Under the pieces are notes generated by a model. The model had not been told where the DNA came from and did not search any database. It saw nothing but the letters and a program-made list of their open reading frames with translations. A stretch of 64,000 nt of DNA from an uncultured Syntrophobacterales bacterium (GTDB taxonomy: Bacteria > Desulfobacterota > Binatia > UBA9968 > JAJDTQ01): the NCBI GenBank assembly GCA_964438895.1, contig CAYTMJ010000003.1:126-64125 (forward strand), read 5' to 3'. Positions 30,675-40,098 of this stretch are shown here, piece by piece. The translations under genes and the position numbers were made by a program. Positions within the stretch are counted from its first letter, which is position 1. Each line of letters opens with the position of its first letter.

Positions 30675-32039
30675 ATGACTTACGCGGCACGAGGTCGCAC
30701 CAAGGACTTTTCGGTCTTCGATTGCGACAGTCACATCCACGAGCCCCGAGAGGTCTGGGACGAGTACATTCCGGAAAAGCAGCGGGCGTTTGCCAAGCAA
30801 CATTTCTACCGGGATATGGATCGACTCGTCATGGTCATGAACGGGCAAGTGAGCTACGGAAACCCCAAGACCTATGCATATCCAGGACAGGGCTGGCATC
30901 CGGGCATGAACAAAAAGATCCTGGGGTCTATCGGGCCCGATGATCCCCGATGGGACAAGGAGATCGGTCGCAACGCCAGCCAAAGAGATCCCCAGGTCCG
31001 CCTCAAGGACATGGACGCGTCCGGAATAGACCAGGTCATGGTGTTTCCGTCTACCTTCGTGCGAATGCCCCTTGTTAGGAACGCAGACGCAGCTCGGATC
31101 TGCGCCACCGCATACAACGACTGGGTGAACGACTATTGCGCCGCCGACCGCAAACGATTATACCCGTGCGCCGTACTACCGATTCAGGACGTGGAATACG
31201 CGATCCAGGAGCTAAGACGCGTAGCCAAGTTAGGGTTCAAGTCCGCAGTGGTACGCCCGGTGCTCAGCAACAACCGCTACCCCACGTTTCCTGAGTTCGA
31301 CCCTTTGTGGCAAGAATTCGAAGGGTTAGGGCTAGCCTTGGGCATGCATACATTTCCCTCGGGAGGCGAAGCCGTGACCGAAGCCCTAGCAGAACGCATG
31401 TCGACTGGGATCCGTGGAAACAGTAGTGCCCAGCGCTCGCCCTTCACCGCCCATAACGTACATGTGTACTCGCCGGGGCAGTTCGTAGAGAATATCATGC
31501 GCAGCATGGGCTCAGTACAGCCTGGATCCGAATCCCTAAGCTTCATTAGCGAAGCCCAGACCTGGACCATGGTCGTGCTGCTTACCGGCTGGTTAGAAAA
31601 GTTTCCCCGGCTCAAGGTGGCAATCCTCGAATCTAACTCGAGCTGGCTACCACTGATCCTGGAAAAGGCCGAGACCTACCTCGAACTCTACCGCTTCGTA
31701 CGTGAGCAGGCCTCTCCGCCCCAAAAGGTCTCGGATCCGCGGGAAACATTCGCGCGACAATGCTTCATCGCCTTCGAGAGCGACGAGGACGTCACGCTCC
31801 GGTTGTGGGACATCTTCGCGGATATCGCCCTGTGGTCTTCCGACATGCCGCACCACGACGCGTCGGATACCTGGGAGGCCATAGACAATATGGACAAGTA
31901 CGGCGTGCCACAAGAAGCGCAAGAGAAGCTGCTAGGCGGCAACGCCCGGCGACTTTACGGCATCGAACCGGAACTGTTCGTAACCGAAGCGCCGGCGGAG
32001 TACACACCGATAAACATCGTACCGCGGTACGCGGGTTAG
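30675..32039 (+). CDS. Amidohydrolase family protein (Amidohydro_2, with insertions)
   Basis: FDCDSHIHEP, AYNDW, GMHT, LESNSSW and WSSDMPHHD motifs. AGGAG RBS precedes ATG 30675. Confidence 0.88.
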   Translation: MTYAARGRTKDFSVFDCDSHIHEPREVWDEYIPEKQRAFAKQHFYRDMDRLVMVMNGQVSYGNPKTYAYPGQGWHPGMNKKILGSIGPDDPRWDKEIGRNASQRDPQVRLKDMDASGIDQVMVFPSTFVRMPLVRNADAARICATAYNDWVNDYCAADRKRLYPCAVLPIQDVEYAIQELRRVAKLGFKSAVVRPVLSNNRYPTFPEFDPLWQEFEGLGLALGMHTFPSGGEAVTEALAERMSTGIRGNSSAQRSPFTAHNVHVYSPGQFVENIMRSMGSVQPGSESLSFISEAQTWTMVVLLTGWLEKFPRLKVAILESNSSWLPLILEKAETYLELYRFVREQASPPQKVSDPRETFARQCFIAFESDEDVTLRLWDIFADIALWSSDMPHHDASDTWEAIDNMDKYGVPQEAQEKLLGGNARRLYGIEPELFVTEAPAEYTPINIVPRYAG

Positions 32040-32057
32040 CGCCCCAAAGGTGGTGTC

Positions 32058-33452
32058 ATGACAGAACTCGACAACGTCGCATCGGCCAGCGAGACAGAAT
32101 ACCTCGAGTGGCACCTTCGCAACTACGAGGACATGCCACGGGAGGTGATCCTCAAGATGGACCTTCTGCGGGTCGGCCACTGGTTCACGGACGCCGCACT
32201 GGAGCTGGCCTCCGACGCCCTCGTAAAATCATACCGGCTATTCTCGTACGACCTAATCCCCATGAAGGACATGAAGAGGAAGGAGTATCGGAAAACACCC
32301 GAGTGGTTCGCCATAAGGGGCGGGCACTTGGGTCTCCGCCCCGTGATCGTCCAGACCACACTGGACCCAAGCTCTCCCTACGTGATCGACGTCATCGATG
32401 GACAGGTACGCCTATTGCTGGACGGGCATGATCTTTGTGACGTCAGCTTCCCCAAACCACTCAAGTACTACACGCGGTCCTTCGAGGACGGTACCAAGTA
32501 CCACGAAATCATTGCCTTCGGCTATTTCGCCACAGTATTTCGCAACTGCCAGTACTGGGGTCCCGACGAGGAATGCCGCTTTTGTGACATCAACGTGAAC
32601 GTGCGCCAGATGAAAGAGTCCCGGGATTTCACGTTTAACACGCCAGTGAAACCGGTCGCTTACGTGGCCGAGGTAGCCCGCTCCATTGAGCAGGATGCCA
32701 TAGACGAAGTGGGCTATGCCCCACCCATTGACTTCTTAATCTCGGGTGGCACCATCCTCAAAACTCTCCACCGCAAACAGGAGGACGACTTCTACCTGGA
32801 GTATGCCTCAGCCCTCAAATGGGGTGGCCACCGGCGCTACATAAACATACAGACCAACGCCAAAGACAAGGAGACCATGAAACGCTACCGTGCCGCGGGC
32901 GTGGATTGCCACCACGCAAACATGGAGGTCTGGGACAAACGCCTGTTCGAGTGGATTAACCCGGGCAAGGCCCGCCGCATCGGATGGGACAAGTGGGTTC
33001 GGTGGATGTTCGAGTCCGTGGAGGTCCTGGGCGAGGGTAACGCTCGGCCCAACTTCGTTTGCGGCGTGGAGTTAGCTCGACCCCATGGGTTCGACAACAT
33101 TCACGATGCCATCAAGTCCACCAGCGACGGGGTCGAGTTCATGATGCAGCACGGTGTGTTTCCACGCTTCAACCAGTGGCGTCGAGAGCCGGGTTCTGAT
33201 CTCGTATCGCAGAACGAGCAACCTGCCATCCCGTTAGAGTTCTATATCCAGATCATGCGCCGCTACTACGAGAGTTGGACGAAATACCGACTTCCCTTCC
33301 CCCATCACGACTCGGTGCACCCAGAGCGTCGTTGGGGCTCGGGTCATGCAACTTACGATGACATGATCTTCTTAAACAACTGGCCCAACTACGAAGAGGA
33401 ATGGGATCGGGGATCGAAGGAAGGGTTGAAAGCGTGCGTTACAAAAGAATAG
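32058..33452 (+). CDS. Radical SAM protein with non-canonical CX8CX2C motif
   Basis: CQYWGPDEECRFC (aromatic residue before the last Cys), ISGGT, NMEVWD, PGK and NFVCGVE. Confidence 0.8.
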   Translation: MTELDNVASASETEYLEWHLRNYEDMPREVILKMDLLRVGHWFTDAALELASDALVKSYRLFSYDLIPMKDMKRKEYRKTPEWFAIRGGHLGLRPVIVQTTLDPSSPYVIDVIDGQVRLLLDGHDLCDVSFPKPLKYYTRSFEDGTKYHEIIAFGYFATVFRNCQYWGPDEECRFCDINVNVRQMKESRDFTFNTPVKPVAYVAEVARSIEQDAIDEVGYAPPIDFLISGGTILKTLHRKQEDDFYLEYASALKWGGHRRYINIQTNAKDKETMKRYRAAGVDCHHANMEVWDKRLFEWINPGKARRIGWDKWVRWMFESVEVLGEGNARPNFVCGVELARPHGFDNIHDAIKSTSDGVEFMMQHGVFPRFNQWRREPGSDLVSQNEQPAIPLEFYIQIMRRYYESWTKYRLPFPHHDSVHPERRWGSGHATYDDMIFLNNWPNYEEEWDRGSKEGLKACVTKE

Positions 33453-33639
33453 CGCCGGGATCCGCGGTCGATTCCCATCTCGAACTTTCGATCAGCGATC
33501 GTCAAAACAACAACTGCCAGTTGTTGAGAACTGCTATCCACAGTTCTGGAGTGAACATGATACAAGACCAACTAATCCGGAGGTCTCAAAACTGATCCCC
33601 TTCTCATATAGAGGCCTATTTTCTTGTTTCGCGCGTTAC

Positions 33640-34854
33640 CTATCCTAGCACCCCCTCCTCTTTCCACTTCGCGATGGTAGCGTCATCGTAGCCTAGAACG
33701 TCGCGCATGACCTGATCAGTGTTCTCACCCAAGAGGGGTGTAAGCGGGATATCCCCATCGGGCATGTCTTTAAAAATGAGACCACCTCGAGGCACCTCGA
33801 ACGGGCCAATGGGGGAATCATCGTACTTTTGGAAATAGTCCCGGTGTCGGAGCTGAGGGTCATTCACGAGGTCGGTTCCGTTCTGGACCACACCGGCAGC
33901 AACACCAACGGCCTGGAGGCGGTGGGCGACATCCTCAACGGTCTGAGTCACCAGCCACTCGGACATGACGACGTCGAGTTCGTCGACATGGCGGAATCGC
34001 TCGACGCATGTCGCAAATCGGCTATCGTCCGCCAGTGCGTCGTTCCCCATAACACCGCACAGACGCCGCCACTCTTCGTCGGTAGTGACTGACACCGCGC
34101 ACCAACGTTCATCACCTTGACACCGGTAGCAGCCGTGGGGTGCCGCCGCGAAGCTTCGGTTCCCTTGGGGCTCAGGATCCTCCCCGTTGATACTGCATTC
34201 CAAATAGCTAGCGCCCAGGGCATAGGCCGTCACCTCACCCTGCGACACATCAATAGAGGCGCCTTTACCGGTGAGCCGCTGGCGTAACAGGGCAGCCATC
34301 ATAATGGTAGGTGCAGAGATAAAACCGAGGTGATCGGGATACACGCCCTGACTACCGATGGGGCGCTCCTGTCCGGGATGGTTCCACAGAAAGGTCATGC
34401 CGCTGAAGGCGTTGAGATTAAAGCCCCAGGTACCGTACCAGTTCTTAGGGCCTGTTTCGCCCAAACCCGGCAATTTGAGGATGATGATCGATGGGTTGAC
34501 CTTCCTAAGCTCGTCGTCACCGAGGCCGAGTCGGGCCAACACCTGCGGTCGGAAATTCACCAGTACTGCGTTGGACCTTCCTACTAGATCCTTGATGATC
34601 TGCTTGCCAGCATCCTGCTTCATGTTGACGGTAATGGATCGTATCGCCAAATTGCATTCGATGAAGCGCGGTGCAGCATTCACATCGTTGTCTTGGCTGT
34701 AGTGCCGAAATGTGTCGAGCCCCCCGGGACTGGACTCCACCTTAATAACCTCCGCGCCGTACTGCGCTAACAATCGAGCCGCGTAGGGACCAGCATAGCC
34801 GGTGGTGAACGAGATGATCCTAACGCCTTCCAGAATCTTATTGGAACTGGCCAT
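33640..34854 (-). CDS. CoA-transferase family III (CaiB/BaiF), catalytic BbsF-like subunit
   Basis: AGPYAARLLAQYGAEVIKVES, NFRP, YPDH (catalytic Asp) and PHGCYRC motifs. Confidence 0.9.
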   Translation of the reverse strand: MASSNKILEGVRIISFTTGYAGPYAARLLAQYGAEVIKVESSPGGLDTFRHYSQDNDVNAAPRFIECNLAIRSITVNMKQDAGKQIIKDLVGRSNAVLVNFRPQVLARLGLGDDELRKVNPSIIILKLPGLGETGPKNWYGTWGFNLNAFSGMTFLWNHPGQERPIGSQGVYPDHLGFISAPTIMMAALLRQRLTGKGASIDVSQGEVTAYALGASYLECSINGEDPEPQGNRSFAAAPHGCYRCQGDERWCAVSVTTDEEWRRLCGVMGNDALADDSRFATCVERFRHVDELDVVMSEWLVTQTVEDVAHRLQAVGVAAGVVQNGTDLVNDPQLRHRDYFQKYDDSPIGPFEVPRGGLIFKDMPDGDIPLTPLLGENTDQVMRDVLGYDDATIAKWKEEGVLG

Positions 34855-36047
34855 CAAATGATTCCCTCCGCCACCAACACCCCGAGATCACCCTTGCCTA
34901 ACCCAATCTCACCCAGAACTTCCGCGTTGTGTTGACCCAGCATTGGGGCTGGCCGGGGGCCGTGGCGCTCGCCGTCCAATAGGAATGGGACGCCTGGCTG
35001 GGAGAAGGAACCTAAAACCGGGTGTGACACCGTGCCAAAGAAACCCCGCTCAATGATGTGTGGATCTTCCATGAAGTCCCGCGGCGAGTTGACCGGTAGC
35101 GCCGGCAGGCCGTGTTTCTGGAACAACACCGACAGCTCGTCTTTACCGTACCGGGAAGTGAACGATGCCACCATGGGATTGAGCCAGTCCGCCGCCGCGC
35201 GTCGGTTCCGGTTAATCCTGAGCTCGGGGTCATCTAACGATTCGGGATGGCCCTCCCACATGTCGAGGAAAATCGGCCAGTGGCGCTGAGTTGCAAAGAA
35301 CGAGATCCAACCATCCTTACACGGGAACAGATTGGCTGGGGCGACGTGCTGGTGCTGGCTACCAGCCCGCCTCATTAACCGACCTTCCGCCGACCACGTG
35401 AAGGCCACGTGTTCATGTAGCGCCATGCTGGCCTGCACCGAAGCATCTATGTGGGCACCCAGCCCCTTGGCCTCGCGCTGCCACAGAGCTAGCAAAGCCC
35501 CAAAAGCAGCATAAAGACAGGTATAGACGTAGGACTGCCCACCGGGAGGAACGCACGGGGTCATACTCGGGTCGCCACTGATAAACAACAGCCCGCCCAT
35601 GGCGTTGGCCACCAGATCTGGTGCAAGGTAGTCACGATAGGGGCCTTCCTGCCCGAAGCCAGAGATAGAAACCAACACTAGCCTGGGGCGGCGTGCGACC
35701 AACTCGCCGTAGCCGATCCCCAGTTCTTCGAGGTAGCCGGGTGCGTGACTGTCGATCACAACGTCTGCCTTTTCTACCAAATCGAATAGTATCTTGCGGG
35801 CAGGTTCGCGCTCAAGATCCAGCGTGATTCCCCGTTTGCCGGAGTTGAAGTATGCAAACCGGAGGCTACCCTCCCGGTTGCTCTGGCCGTTGGCAAAGGG
35901 CGGCTCACCCCTAAGCTCGTCCCCTGACGGTGGTTCCACCTTGACCACGTCCATACCGAGATCGGCCAAGACCTTGCCACAGAAGGCACCCATTGCGGTG
36001 CCGAGGTCTACCACCCTGAAACCGGAAAGTAAGGATTCTCCGCTCAT
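34854..36047 (-). CDS. CoA-transferase family III (CaiB/BaiF), BbsE-like subunit
   Basis: GAFCGKVLADLGMDVVKVEPP, NSGKRGITLDL, SGFGQEGPY and PCKDGW. No Asp at the catalytic position. Confidence 0.9.
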   Translation of the reverse strand: MSGESLLSGFRVVDLGTAMGAFCGKVLADLGMDVVKVEPPSGDELRGEPPFANGQSNREGSLRFAYFNSGKRGITLDLEREPARKILFDLVEKADVVIDSHAPGYLEELGIGYGELVARRPRLVLVSISGFGQEGPYRDYLAPDLVANAMGGLLFISGDPSMTPCVPPGGQSYVYTCLYAAFGALLALWQREAKGLGAHIDASVQASMALHEHVAFTWSAEGRLMRRAGSQHQHVAPANLFPCKDGWISFFATQRHWPIFLDMWEGHPESLDDPELRINRNRRAAADWLNPMVASFTSRYGKDELSVLFQKHGLPALPVNSPRDFMEDPHIIERGFFGTVSHPVLGSFSQPGVPFLLDGERHGPRPAPMLGQHNAEVLGEIGLGKGDLGVLVAEGII

Positions 36048-37219
36048 CGGTTCTTAGCGCGGGCGCGCAGCAGGTTCTGAGCCAGTCGCCAGCGTAACAC
36101 TTCAGTGGCGCCTTCGGTGATACGAATGCTACGCAGCTGGCGGTACCACCACTCCAACGGTAGTTCTTTCGTGAGCCCGATACCACCGTGCACCTGCATG
36201 GAACGGTCCACCACACGACTCGCCATCTCCGTACAAACGCACTTGACCATGTAGGCTAGATTTCGCACGTCCTCGCCGCGATCATGGCGCCAAGCACATT
36301 CGTAAACTAGGTTCCGTGCCATATGCAGTTCCATAACCGAGTCGGAAATCATGAACTGGACCGCCTGCCGTTCTGACAAGGGTTGACCGAAGGTGGTTCG
36401 GATCTGCGAGTAGTCCATCATCATGTCCAGAGCGCGCTCCGCTATGCCGATACAGCGTGCTCCGTGGCCCTTAATCCTCCCCTCCTGGAGCCAACTCTGG
36501 GCCAGTCCGAAGCCCTGGCCCACCTCGCCCACAACGTTACCCGCCGGCACGCGGGTGTTCTCGAAGAGGATCTGAAACGGTGCGTCACCCATCATTGTGG
36601 GCCACCGGCGCTCAATGGTAACGCCGGGAGTATCCATGTCCACAAGAAAACAGGTAATGCCACCCCTAGCGCGTTTTCCGGGATCGGTCACCGCCATGAC
36701 CTGGGCGAAATCTGAATATCCGGCCCCAGTGATGAAGCGCTTGGTCCCGTTAATAACCCAGTGATCACCGTCCAGTACTGCCCGGGTCTTCATACCCGCG
36801 GGGTCTCCACCCGCGTCAGGCTCGGTCTGGGCGAAACACGCGGTTTTCTCGCCGCGAATCACCGGATACAGATAGCGCTCCTTCTGCTCGTCACTGCATT
36901 CGAACAGCACCGCGCGCACCTCAGGCCCAAATATAGGATTGTTTCGGAATGGAATCGCAACGCTACGAGAGATCTCTTCCTGGATTACACAGCGCGTCAG
37001 TAGGTCGAGATCGGCGCCCCCGTATTCGGCGGGTACGTCCAGCATCCAAAAGCCCATGGCTCGGGTTTTTTCCTGAAGGGGCTTATACAACTCCTCGGGC
37101 ATCTCAAAACCCTCCGGGCGGTAGTCACGTTCCAGGGGTATTAACTCGCGATCCACGAACTCACGCATCGTATTTTTAATGATCTTGACGTCTTCAGGAA
37201 GCTCGAGGTCCATCTGCAT
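36044..37219 (-). CDS. Acyl-CoA dehydrogenase
   Basis: FAQTEPDAGGD, INGTKRFIT, RTTFGQPL, QVHGGIG and RITEGATEV motifs. Confidence 0.94.
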   Translation of the reverse strand: MQMDLELPEDVKIIKNTMREFVDRELIPLERDYRPEGFEMPEELYKPLQEKTRAMGFWMLDVPAEYGGADLDLLTRCVIQEEISRSVAIPFRNNPIFGPEVRAVLFECSDEQKERYLYPVIRGEKTACFAQTEPDAGGDPAGMKTRAVLDGDHWVINGTKRFITGAGYSDFAQVMAVTDPGKRARGGITCFLVDMDTPGVTIERRWPTMMGDAPFQILFENTRVPAGNVVGEVGQGFGLAQSWLQEGRIKGHGARCIGIAERALDMMMDYSQIRTTFGQPLSERQAVQFMISDSVMELHMARNLVYECAWRHDRGEDVRNLAYMVKCVCTEMASRVVDRSMQVHGGIGLTKELPLEWWYRQLRSIRITEGATEVLRWRLAQNLLRARAKNR

Positions 37220-37289
37220 ACCCCTTATTTCGACAGCCCGGCTGACGAAAGGTTCAAATCGACCGGAAACCTACCCCGTATATGCGTGT

Positions 37290-37318
37290 TTGACAACCGC
37301 ATAACCAGCGACTATGTT
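37290..37318 (+). promoter_or_regulatory. Putative sigma70 promoter of the FmdB-family gene
   Basis: TTGACA-N17-TATGTT, 30 bp upstream of the ATG. Confidence 0.55.
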
Positions 37319-37348
37319 TTCAAGAGCCTACCCGCGTAAGGCCAGTGT

Positions 37349-37735
37349 ATGCCCATCTACGAGTACGAATGTTCAAAATGCGGTGTATTCGAAGTGACCC
37401 AACGGATCACCGAGAAGCCGCTGGGGAAATGCCCAACTTGTCGAAATAAGGTCCGGAAACTCATCTCGAACACGTCCTTTCAACTCAAAGGCTCGGGTTG
37501 GTACATCACCGACTACGGGCGGGGTAAGGGAGTAAACGAAGAAAAGCGGGAGAACAGCGGGGACAAAGGCTCCTCCGAGTCCGGCAAAGGCTCCTCCGAG
37601 TCCGGCAAAGGCTCCTCCGAGTCCGGCAAAGGCTCCTCCGAGTCCGGCAAAGGCTCCTCCGAGTCCGGCAAGTCCACGGAAAGCAAAACTTCCGGGAAGT
37701 CATCGTCCAGCGGCGAGACCGCCAACACCACCTAG
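37349..37735 (+). CDS. FmdB family zinc-ribbon protein with low-complexity tail
   Basis: [11 protein letters not shown]...CPTC...[13 protein letters not shown]. Confidence 0.92.
   Translation: MPIYEYECSKCGVFEVTQRITEKPLGKCPTCRNKVRKLISNTSFQLKGSGWYITDYGRGKGVNEEKRENSGDKGSSESGKGSSESGKGSSESGKGSSESGKGSSESGKSTESKTSGKSSSSGETANTT
37564..37671 (+). repeat. Perfect 21-bp tandem repeat x5 (in-frame, KGSSESG)
   Basis: CAAAGGCTCCTCCGAGTCCGG occurs five times identically, plus a partial copy. Confidence 0.97.
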
Positions 37736-37849
37736 CGAGCCCGTCGCGCGCGCGTCCCTTCCCCCGGTTTGCGACGCATCGCATTGAAATATCAGGCACG
37801 ACTTGCCACTTGCTGCGACGATTTTCCGCACATCGATGACAGGTACTCC

Positions 37850-38653
37850 ATGAAGATGAAACCACTCGGTGGCACTCAGATCCAGGTGCCCGAGATCGGC
37901 CTGGGAGTTTGGCAATACAAGGGCGGAGTTGCACCCCTCCGGCACGGGATCGAGTTGGGCGCCAACCTGATCGACACGGCCGAAATGTATCGAACAGAAG
38001 AAGTAGTAGGTCAGGCCATCCACGACGTACGCGAGCGAGTGTTTATCGCAAGCAAAGTCTCCGGCGACCACCTAGGGTACGACCAGGTGCTTCGAGCCGC
38101 CGACGCCAGTCTACGGCGGCTCGACGTAGACACCATAGACCTCTACCAGATTCACTGGCCAAGCCGCAGCACACCTATCGCGGAAACCATGCGAGCAATG
38201 GAGGCCCTAGTTGATTCGGGCCGGATTCGCTACATCGGTGTAAGCAACTTTTCCACTAACGATCTCACCGAAGCCCAGGCCGCCCTTAGGCATCACCGGA
38301 TTGTGTCAAATCAGGTGCTATACAATCTACGGCGTCGCGACATCGAGCGAACCCTGATGCCCTACTGCCAGCGCCATGATGTCACCATAATTGCCTACAC
38401 GCCGCTGGACAGCGGGAAGCTGACAACGGCAGGCGGGCTATCGTCCTCACGCGACACAAGGGTGCTCCAGGCAGTGGCCAAGCAGAATAGGAAAACGCCT
38501 GCTCAAGTGGCGTTGAACTGGTGCATCTCACACAACAACGTCATCGCCATACCGAAGTCCGACAGCGTGCCCCGGACCACCGAGAACTGCAGCGCTTCCG
38601 GCTGGCGTTTGCCCGACGAAGACATCGCCCGACTGGACCGAGCCTTCGAATGA
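37850..38653 (+). CDS. Aldo/keto reductase
   Basis: IGLGVW, IDTAEMY, ASKV, LYQIHWP, IGVSNF and IPKS motifs. Confidence 0.93.
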   Translation: MKMKPLGGTQIQVPEIGLGVWQYKGGVAPLRHGIELGANLIDTAEMYRTEEVVGQAIHDVRERVFIASKVSGDHLGYDQVLRAADASLRRLDVDTIDLYQIHWPSRSTPIAETMRAMEALVDSGRIRYIGVSNFSTNDLTEAQAALRHHRIVSNQVLYNLRRRDIERTLMPYCQRHDVTIIAYTPLDSGKLTTAGGLSSSRDTRVLQAVAKQNRKTPAQVALNWCISHNNVIAIPKSDSVPRTTENCSASGWRLPDEDIARLDRAFE

Positions 38654-38718
38654 CTACTTCACCCAGGATAAGCGACGATCCGGAAGCCTCCGAGACACGT
38701 TGAGAATTGATATTATCG

Positions 38719-40098
38719 ATGGATTTCCCCGCTCTAACCCACACCGGAGCTATAGATTTCTTCTCGGACTTCGGAAAGCTGATCTACAACCCACAGGGGA
38801 TCCTATATTGGACCCGTAAAGCCAGGGATAAGGCCCGGATCAACGCCACCATCGGATCTGCCCGGGGGCCCGAGAAGACAGTGTATCCGGGCGGTGGAGA
38901 CCACGAGATCACCCTTTGCACTCCCCTGATCCATTCTTTTTTTAACGGCCTGGAAACCGAGGAGATCTTTCCTTACACACCAGAAACAGGCACACCCGCG
39001 TTCCGCTCAGCATGGCGGAAGTGGATCCTCTCGCGCGCGGGCGATGAATCGGAACGGCTCGAACGCCAACTGCATGAGCCAATTCTCACCCCGGGGATCA
39101 CCGCTGCCATCGCTATCTCTGCACGGATGTTTGTCGATCCGGACCGGTTTATCATCGTGGCCAACAGGCGTTGGGAGAACTACGACCATGTTCTACGGGA
39201 GAACCTAGGGATCCGTATCGCCGAGTTTCCACTATTGAACGGAGGCGATCTAAACGTGGCCGGACTTATCTCGGTCATCCAAAGGGTCTGGGTCACACAG
39301 GAAACTGCCGTAGTGCTACTGAACTTCCCTAATAACCCCACCGGCTTCTGCCCTTCCCCGGAAGCGGGTGAGAGACTTGCCAAGGCTCTAGGCCAACTCG
39401 CAGAGGGAAGCGAAAAACGGTTAGTTTTACTGTTCGACGATGCTTACGAAAGCTATGTCTACGATGCTGCGGCCATGCAATCGTCTCTATTCTACTTATG
39501 TCGGCCGCAGCCCAACTTGCTACCGGTGAAATTGGACGGTGTAACTAAGGAGCTTCTCTGGTACGGGGCTCGGACCGGGACGATCACGCTAGCTTGTCCT
39601 GATAATTGGCTTTCGGAATACGGCGCAACAACTTTGGGAGCAGAGCTGGATAACAAGTTCGGCGGGGTCAACCGAGGGCTATTCTCCAACAGCTCAACAG
39701 TGAGCCAATCGGTGGCAACCAAGGCACTAGCGCAGATGGAACACTTGTTGATCGAGCGACGCCAAACCTTCGATCTTCTGAAACAACGCTACCACACCTT
39801 AAAGGAAGAATTCACGAAGATGGACTCCGACCTCGTAACCGTGGAACCATTCCAGGGGGGCTTCTTCTGCTTCGTCAGCCTACGCCCGGAATCGGGGCTT
39901 CGTGCGACGGCCTTGGCCAACTATCTTTTGGATGAGCATGGGGTGGGGACTGTACCGTTCGAGGGAAACGATATTAACGGACTCCGCATCGCGTTCTGTA
40001 GCGTCGACCGCAAGGACCTGCCGGAGCTGTGCCGTCGACTCGCACAAGCTGTGAATGAGCTAGCCGCAGCAAGGAGGGAAACACATGGGGAGGCTTGA
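38719..40098 (+). CDS. PLP-dependent aminotransferase class I/II
   Basis: NATIG, NFPNNPTG, DDAY and KLDGVTKE (PLP Lys). Start may instead be TTG 38707. Confidence 0.88.
   Translation: MDFPALTHTGAIDFFSDFGKLIYNPQGILYWTRKARDKARINATIGSARGPEKTVYPGGGDHEITLCTPLIHSFFNGLETEEIFPYTPETGTPAFRSAWRKWILSRAGDESERLERQLHEPILTPGITAAIAISARMFVDPDRFIIVANRRWENYDHVLRENLGIRIAEFPLLNGGDLNVAGLISVIQRVWVTQETAVVLLNFPNNPTGFCPSPEAGERLAKALGQLAEGSEKRLVLLFDDAYESYVYDAAAMQSSLFYLCRPQPNLLPVKLDGVTKELLWYGARTGTITLACPDNWLSEYGATTLGAELDNKFGGVNRGLFSNSSTVSQSVATKALAQMEHLLIERRQTFDLLKQRYHTLKEEFTKMDSDLVTVEPFQGGFFCFVSLRPESGLRATALANYLLDEHGVGTVPFEGNDINGLRIAFCSVDRKDLPELCRRLAQAVNELAAARRETHGEA

Noticed and set aside
31760-32431. 223-aa alternative-frame ORF, and similar long shadow ORFs (e.g. 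48350-49087, 45036-45647, 62159-62797)
   Set aside because: They overlap well-supported genes, have low-information Arg/Pro/Ser-rich composition and show no motifs. Such ORFs are expected in GC-rich DNA.
37564-37671. Direct repeats as a possible CRISPR array
   Set aside because: The units are contiguous with no spacers, lie in frame inside a CDS, and no cas genes are nearby.
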